Shown here: positions 40,501-46,902 of the stretch, in pieces
Position numbering within the stretch: position 1 is the first letter of the stretch
How the letters are laid out: every line of letters starts with the position of its first letter
DNA from: Guillardia theta CCMP2712
Taxonomy: Eukaryota; Protista; Cryptophyta
DNA length: 46,902 nt
Assembly (NCBI RefSeq): GCF_000315625.1
Contig: NW_005434660.1
Location: 974,365 to 1,021,266 of the forward strand
Direction of reading: 5' to 3'
Program-made: the position numbers and the translations under genes
Notes under the pieces: generated by a model
Told to the model about the DNA's origin: nothing
The model's database searches: none
The model's input: only the letters and a program-made list of their open reading frames with translations

Positions 40501-43500
40501 TTAGCAGCTCGATGAACGTCCTCAACTCCAACTTGGCTGTGATCAGCGGCATGCGACCAATGGTGAGCCAAGATCAAATGTGACGATCGCTCATCAAGAT
40601 CTAGCGAGCCTTCGTAATACTCGGCCACAAAATGGTGCCAAATTCTCTGGTAGCTTTTGAGCAAACTCTGATTTACACTTTCAACAAGTCCAGGGATTAC
40701 AACCTTATAAACATCGTACATTCCTGTTTTCGGATTCTTCTGATTAACGTATGCAGCAAAACTATTGTTTGAAAAGCTATCATTTGCAAGAGCTCCCTTG
40801 TATTGAAGAAGCTGAGCATGGACCTGTGATTGTATCGTGGGCGTTTGCCACTGCCAGTTGGCACACTCGTGGCAAGTGCTCGACTCTGTGCTCAACATTT
40901 GCTTCATATCTTCAATTCGTGCAGGTTGCAGCATTCCCAGGTTAATCAGCTGCTGAATGCTAGGTTCAAAATCAGGCGCAAAGTTTGGAAAAGTACTGCT
41001 GTACACATGACGAGCAAGATTAATTGTGAAGAGCGCATTATGTGAAAGAAAGCAAACAACTTTGACGAGCATCTGAACATGCACCAACAACCGATCGCCA
41101 AATTCTCCTCGGCCCAAAGCTTGCATTCTTGTCAAACCATTGTCCAAACCGGAAAGATCATTGCGAGAGACAATGGCGCCATCGCGTGTTCGAAAGATGT
41201 GCCCGTTGTCCACAAGATTTGCACAGACATTCTTTACGAAGCTCGGAGAGCATTCTCCTTTCTGTATCAATTGAACAAAGTAGGATTCAAGGGGAGGCGG
41301 AATATGCTGTACATTGTACGTCTGTCGCAGCAAATCGATGACCTTCCGCTTGAGAAAATGATACGAATAATTGTGTCTTGTATTGAATACTTCAAGCGGG
41401 GTGTCTCTTCCTTTCACTTTTACCGCAGGCATTTGTTCAAACTCAATCATAAGGCTCGATGCATCATGTGTCTCCTTATCAACGAGAATTACGTTTTCTC
41501 CCGCTTTGCACATGAGACGAGCAGCCATGTTGCACACACTCCCCATCGCACACATCTCTCGTCTTGTACTACTCCCAACAAACCCCGAGTAAGCTGTTCC
41601 TGTAGTGATGCCAATGCTTAACTTGATTGACAAATCCTGTACCCATTTCCGCATCTCAAGTCCTGCCAAGACGGCTCGCACAGGATCATTCTCGTGAGGC
41701 GAAAATGGGGGCATTCCCATAACACATATTGCTAATAGCCCCTTGTCATCCTGTAAAAACTGGCGCAAAGTTCCCTTTCGGCGATATGTTGCAACTTGAA
41801 TGGCAAGGAGAGCTCGATGGGTTTGCAGAACAGTGTCATAGTCGGGAGCTTCAAGGTCAAGATGCAGTCTGACAAACATGACGGTCATCTTTCGCAAATC
41901 AGCGGCAAAGGGAGCAATGTCCTGCAAGTCTCTTGCTCCTTCGTGACAGTACATTTTCAGAATCGGCCAAGCAGTGTAAGTGAGATTTTCAGGGATGCTG
42001 ATTCCCGGAGGATTTACGCTTTCGGAGGGTTCAGTGTAGCCCATGATTTTGAAGTTTCCTGCCATCGTTTCCTCCGCTTGAAACTCAGATTCAATGTGCG
42101 TCCAAGCCACCTTGCTCACTACGAGAGTACCGATTGCTGCCTCCTCCAGAGCATCTGCAGCCTCGAGCAAAGCCTTTCCAATAACGAGAAATTCTTTCCG
42201 AGCGCCGTTGTGCTTGTCAAGTTGTGCTCCACCAACGTGAGCAAACCACATCGGTCCACAGCTTAGAGATTGATGGAGACGCAATGTCACTCCTGCAGTG
42301 TACCGTTTACCACCACTGTATGCTTTCTTCATGTCCGCAAGCTCCTGGGCGATTTCAGGTTTTTGAGAGAGAAGAGGTACGAGCGCTGCATAGCTGAGAT
42401 GGATCATGACACAATTGCTTCCAGCAACGACAGTTGCTGTCCGTTTTGATGCGTGAGTAGCGCCATCTCACCTACGATTTCCCCTTCTTCCAGCGTTGCG
42501 ATTTCTTCACCGTGATCAATACTTTCTTCAATACTGCATTTCATGGACTGATCTGCGCTTTCGGATTCTTTTTTGACAAATATATTCACCATACCAGAAT
42601 GAACGATCAGCATGGAGTCAGCTGGAGATCCCTGCTTGATGATGACATCGCCAGCACTGAAACGCTGCAACTTGCACTGCTCTGCCAACATGGCCAGCTC
42701 CGTGCTGGTCAGAACCTGCGCATGAGTTCAGTAAGTGAATCGAAAGTCTTCGACAAACTCTTCAAGCAAACAAAGGAGATTCGCAACCAACCTTGAGCCA
42801 AGCGATGGCTCGCAGCCTCCTTCGAATTTCTAAACCCTCTAATTGAACAGCTGAAGCCAACCACCCATTCTCATCTCCCATTTCTTGTTTGTCTGCATCC
42901 ACAAGAGCAGCAGTGGCAAAGTGACGGGCAAGCTGATCTGCGAATTCAAGTGTGTTGGCGTCCGGCACGTGAACCTGCCAAATATAATCAGAAACGAGTA
43001 GTTTAAATCACTTCGATTAACCTTGAAGGTGCCGTGCAGTCTTTCAAGCTCCATAGCACACGTGACGGCTTGTTGAATGGTCTATACAAGAACAAACATT
43101 AGATGTCGCCCTGTGGGGAACTTGCATACCTTTGCTAAGGTGTTCTGGTCACACTCCCAGATCACGATGACAGCATCCCCAGCGAATTTTACGATATCTC
43201 CTGCCCAAGCCTCGACGTGCTTGATAATAGTGCTGAACATTCGATTGATCGTTGAAGTGAGAGAATCTATGCCTTCTTGCCCAAGCCCCTGGAATCTGTC
43301 CGACAATCTGGTAAAACCCTGCACATGCGCTAACTCAACCTGCAGTTTCGCAGAATTTACAAGCAGAAAATCTTACGGAGATGTCGACAATTAGGACCAC
43401 TGCCAACCTCAGCTCAGCATCTATGGGCTGATACAAACATGTCAGGTTGCTTCGAAACAAACATGGTAAATGTTACAAATTGATTTGTTGTGGCAATGCT

Positions 43501-43859
43501 CCAGTGACGAAGGACGTCTTTTGTGACTTGCTGCTCATTTCATGTTCAGACGTGCTTCATTCAAGGTCACTTGAGGAAAACCTGGTCTTGGTGCGATGTG
43601 TGCTGTTGTTGGACTGCCTTTGCGATTGCAACTCTTGGCAAGAAACACTGGAAATACCTGTTCATAGTCGATGAGCAATCAATCGTTGACGACTCGAACA
43701 GTCTTACTCATATTTGCGTTGGTTGACCAGGCTGACTGCCGCACGCCACTTCTTCCCTTTGAGAGCAAGAGGCTTCGTTTTCTCATTTAAGGATGGTCTA
43801 CGGCCGATACCATTCTCACCCTGTTGCTCTTCGCCCGACTTACGGAGCACCTTCAGCAT
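37551..43859 (-). CDS. Soluble-type (ADCY10/sAC-like) class III nucleotidyl cyclase with an inserted cNMP-binding domain, helical/TPR-like region and C-terminal class I phosphodiesterase; frameshift at ~42445
   Basis: C1: VLIVDIS|GFTRL..GDIVKFAGDAVIVIW (43390-43155). CNB domain: FSAGDVIIKQGSPADSMLIVHSGMV..GEIVGEMALL..RTATV (42715-42400). C2: LRKMTVMFVRL..QFLQDDKG..SIGITTG..GFVGSSTRREMCAMGSVCNMAARLM. PDE: YHNAIHCADV, HDFEHLGLNN, ENHHL, LATDM, IKMCDLGH, FRQGD, KSQIGF. Start codon tentative. Confidence 0.92.
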
Positions 43860-44803
43860 CTTTTCCGTTTGTGTGGTTCCACCACAACTGAACGGATGTT
43901 CGTAAAACCAATGACCGACCGCGATATACTGACAAGCGTTCAGACCATCGATCCCTTGTCGAGATTTCCACACAATCTATCAATATGCAAGAGCTTATCT
44001 CGTCCAGGCAAGATGAATCAAGAGCAATGCAAGAGACTGAACAGATTCACAGATCTTCTCCCATCTTATACGCTGAGAGCAGGAGGCCGAGGGCTGACAG
44101 CCGCTAAAAAGTATTGCTTGTCATCAGCAGCGACTGTCCATAAAATTCTCGGTCCTGAGCCCAATGTCAAAGAAAAGTTCGACATTACCCTTGCTAGTAA
44201 AGTATCGTTCAGGAGCACGCTCATTGCTACCTTGATTAGACCATGTAAAATCTAACGTCTCGATCATGTACCGAGATCTCTTCTGATTTTAAACAAGAAT
44301 ATTCTTCTCGACTCTTTGCTTCCTCTGCCTCTTCTTGCCCGATTCGAGTGACTAAAAATCGCCTTCCTCCTTCCTCGCACCTCATGCATATTGATCAACA
44401 CTACCCCTCAGACTCAATACCCCACCCCTACCTCCTTCGTTCAACCCCACCCACCATTTCCTATCTTGAAACCCACTCTTTGATCATTTCAGGAACGTCT
44501 CTGCCGGGAACCCTCCACATGATTACACTACCCCTACCTTTCCCCCCAATCCATTATAAACTGAGCCGGTACAAGGAATTCAGTACCCCACCAATAACTC
44601 TCTCGGAAGCGGGCAGGTTTGGGGCGGGGGTTGGGGCGCCAGCCATGAGACTACCCTTCTTTTTCACATCTCTACCACCCACCTCCATGAGATTGATGGG
44701 GTAGAAATCAGGGGGGCAGAGAAAGAGATCGCGAGGGGGTACAGGGGTAGAGAAAGAGATCAGGGGTATAGAGAAAATATTCATGAAGGGATCGATAGTG
44801 TAG

Positions 44804-44835
44804 GTCTCGTACTAATTTTAACTTAACTTTGAGTA
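44804..44835 (+). repeat. Dispersed motif copy (gtctcgtactaattttaacttaactttgagta)
   Basis: Shares both the tcgtact prefix and the core with the 17833 and 20976 copies. Followed by ccgggcc. Confidence 0.85.
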
Positions 44836-45148
44836 CATGTGTAGGGCAACACGATCCGGGCCTCGGAGTCGGAGGCATGCAGAACTAAGTTCGTGAAGTT
44901 GAAGACAAGGAGCAGCCTTCGCATAAAAGAGGAGCAGCCTCGCAAAGACAAGGTTTAGGGTCCCAATACCCGCGCGCCTCTTTAGACTTAGGATTGTTTT
45001 GCAATGCTCTCAAGGAAAAGGTGGCGGAGTGGTTGCACAGCAAGCGCTGGACTCGCGTGCAAGGAAACAGCAAGAAGGCCAGGAGGGTTCCGAAATTCCT
45101 AATCATGGCACTGAGTAAATTCTCGCTGAGCTTGAAGGAAGACAACCG

Positions 45149-45295
45149 TTTAGGGTTTAGGGTTTAGGCCCTGACAGAGGCATGCTGCTCCCTGACAGAG
45201 GCATGCTGCTCCCCTGACAGAGGCATGCTGCTCCCTGACAGAGGCATGCTGCTCCCTGACAGAGGCATGCTGCTCCCTGACAGAGGCATGCTGCT
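45149..45295 (+). repeat. Interstitial telomere-type repeat (TTTAGGG x~3) fused to a 21-bp minisatellite x6
   Basis: tttagggtttagggtttagg at 45149-45168, then ccctgacagaggcatgctgct x6 at 45169-45295. Confidence 0.93.
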
Positions 45296-45376
45296 CTGCG
45301 GCGCGTAGGGAGAGCGCAAGGGGACCGGAGGAAGCTGCGAGCAAGAGGTTCGTATAGTTCAAACAGCTTTCTAAGC

Positions 45377-46902
45377 ATGGTACTACAGTATGATGAGAGC
45401 GTTCGCAACCTGCTGTATCGGAGATCATGCCAATACACGCAGGGCGAGCGCTCTGGAGGCCACGTCGAAGAGGCCGCCGACCTCGTCGAGAGGGTGAAGA
45501 ACTTCGCGAAGCGGTATCCTGGTAGTAGGACAGCTCATGCTTGCAGAGCTGAGGGGGGATGCACCCCCGACGCTATCGCTGAAGCCATCCGCTCAACATG
45601 TCGGCAGGCGAGACGCGACCTGTTTGAAGACTCTCTGAGGGAATGGAGCTCAGAGTCGAGAGCATGGTTTATACAACAGATGGAGGAGGCCAAGAAGCAG
45701 AATGTCGAGACATACATCGGCACAGAAGGCACCGAGGGGACCTCCTTCATCTCCATGACTCTCCTGGGCATCTCCTCGATGTATGTTCGACAAGAAGACA
45801 AGTTGAAATCGAAGCTTATGGAACTGGGTCTCATGGTAGACTCAGTCGATGGAGTCGACAAGGCCATCATGTGGAAAGCACCTTACAGACCTGAGATAGC
45901 ACGAGCAGACGACATCTCAGTCACCGTCTCCTTCCTTCGGAATGAAGCAGCCATGGAGCTATGGGAAGGCAGGAGAGAATACTGCATAGACGGCAGATCG
46001 TTCAGAGCCACAGAGGTGAGCATTGCACATGACCGGTCCTTCAAGCTTCGAGCCAAGCGAGGACCTTGGGGCAAGGGAGGGAGCCTTGCCGAGCTATCAC
46101 AGCTCTTAGCTCTTGGAGGAATGTCGACGGCCGACATAGCTCAGATCTATCGATTTCAGCTGCTCTCGCAATCTCTTGCAGCCGCAGAGGTACAACCACT
46201 TGCGGGCATGCTCGTGCAGGGTCCTGGGCAGAGAGGTCGCAAGGGGCCGAGCCCGAAGACGTATGTTGCTGTTGGGGCAAGTACTGGCACTCTCCAGCAA
46301 AAAGAGCTGGAGTGGGTGCTCAGCTCGCCTTCGACGGCAAGTTGCGAGCAGACCTTGGCCTCGTTCAGAGAGAGCGAGGCGATGGAGGGGGTACATCTCA
46401 CTCTCATCAGCGACGACGCCAAGCTCAGAGAGACGTTTGCAGTCGAGCTCACAGCCGACACCTTCGTTCCTAGGGGAAAGATCGCTAAGCAAAGGAGGGC
46501 ACTCCGCGAGAGAGATCATGCGGGGCGCAGCAGCTTCAGAGTACAGATCAAGTCGAGGTCAAGCATGAGCACAGGCCGCTTCTCGAGGAAGGAGATGGAA
46601 GCGCTGTGCGGAGGAGGTAACACATCGATCACGAGAGTCAAGCGAGCCATGTTGGAGTTAGCAAGAAGGATAGGCGTGACGCTGGTCAGCGTCGAGGTCG
46701 AGGAGGATCGTGACACGCTCAGCTGGGATGGGAGCCTGATAGCTCTCTCCCTGGCGACCAAGGCAGAGGCTCGACGCTTGATGGAAGACATGCCCTTCTA
46801 CTTGGAAGGGATCCTGGAAGTCAAGCTCGAAGCGGTGGGGTTCAAGCTCAACGGGCCTCAGCATGAGTTATGTGCCGGGGAAGGGGGTACCAGTCCAATA
46901 AA
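45377..46902 (+). CDS. Uninterrupted ORF of at least 508 codons, truncated by the window edge; function unknown, possibly encoded by a mobile element
   Basis: Translated by hand: MVLQYDESVRNLLYRRSCQ...LFEDSLREWSSESRAWFIQQMEEAKK...SFRVQIKSRSS...LEVKLEAVGFKLNGPQHELCAGEGGTSPI, with no stop before 46902. It is missing from the track because it has no stop codon. Confidence 0.7.
   Translation, partial: MVLQYDESVRNLLYRRSCQYTQGERSGGHVEEAADLVERVKNFAKRYPGSRTAHACRAEGGCTPDAIAEAIRSTCRQARRDLFEDSLREWSSESRAWFIQQMEEAKKQNVETYIGTEGTEGTSFISMTLLGISSMYVRQEDKLKSKLMELGLMVDSVDGVDKAIMWKAPYRPEIARADDISVTVSFLRNEAAMELWEGRREYCIDGRSFRATEVSIAHDRSFKLRAKRGPWGKGGSLAELSQLLALGGMSTADIAQIYRFQLLSQSLAAAEVQPLAGMLVQGPGQRGRKGPSPKTYVAVGASTGTLQQKELEWVLSSPSTASCEQTLASFRESEAMEGVHLTLISDDAKLRETFAVELTADTFVPRGKIAKQRRALRERDHAGRSSFRVQIKSRSSMSTGRFSRKEMEALCGGGNTSITRVKRAMLELARRIGVTLVSVEVEEDRDTLSWDGSLIALSLATKAEARRLMEDMPFYLEGILEVKLEAVGFKLNGPQHELCAGEGGTSPI

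Noticed and set aside
45149-45168. True chromosome end
   Set aside because: Only about 3 repeat units, with unique sequence on both sides; interstitial.

Overview
Eukaryotic nuclear DNA: gene-dense, with many short (~40-60 nt) GT-AG introns and long purine/pyrimidine simple-repeat tracts. Signal-peptide plus transit-peptide N-termini and TTTAGGG repeats suggest a secondary-plastid alga, most likely a cryptophyte such as Guillardia (inference). About 13 protein genes, left to right: SMG8-like NMD factor (-), intronless 1356-aa secreted protein (+), type I membrane protein (-), LRR protein (+), Cys-rich protein (-), intronless ARM-repeat protein (-), a poorly defined multi-exon gene (-), signal-peptide XRN-family exoribonuclease with an inserted dsRBD (+), type II membrane protein (+), plastid-targeted At1g16080-like protein (-), TKL kinase (+), a large cyclase/cNMP-binding/phosphodiesterase fusion (-), and an ORF of at least 508 codons that runs off the right edge and is absent from the supplied track (+). 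Highlights: (1) one gene that appears to make, sense and degrade a cyclic nucleotide, with the sensor inserted inside catalytic domain C1 and a 1-nt frameshift in that sensor; (2) a dispersed motif, TTTTAACTTAACTTTGAGTA, in at least 6 intergenic copies; (3) a minisatellite whose unit looks like a complete intron; (4) an XRN whose presequence ends in a ubiquitin-like RLRGG. No rRNA, tRNA or CRISPR array was recognised. Exon boundaries were read by eye and are approximate; family calls come from motif recognition, not database searches.
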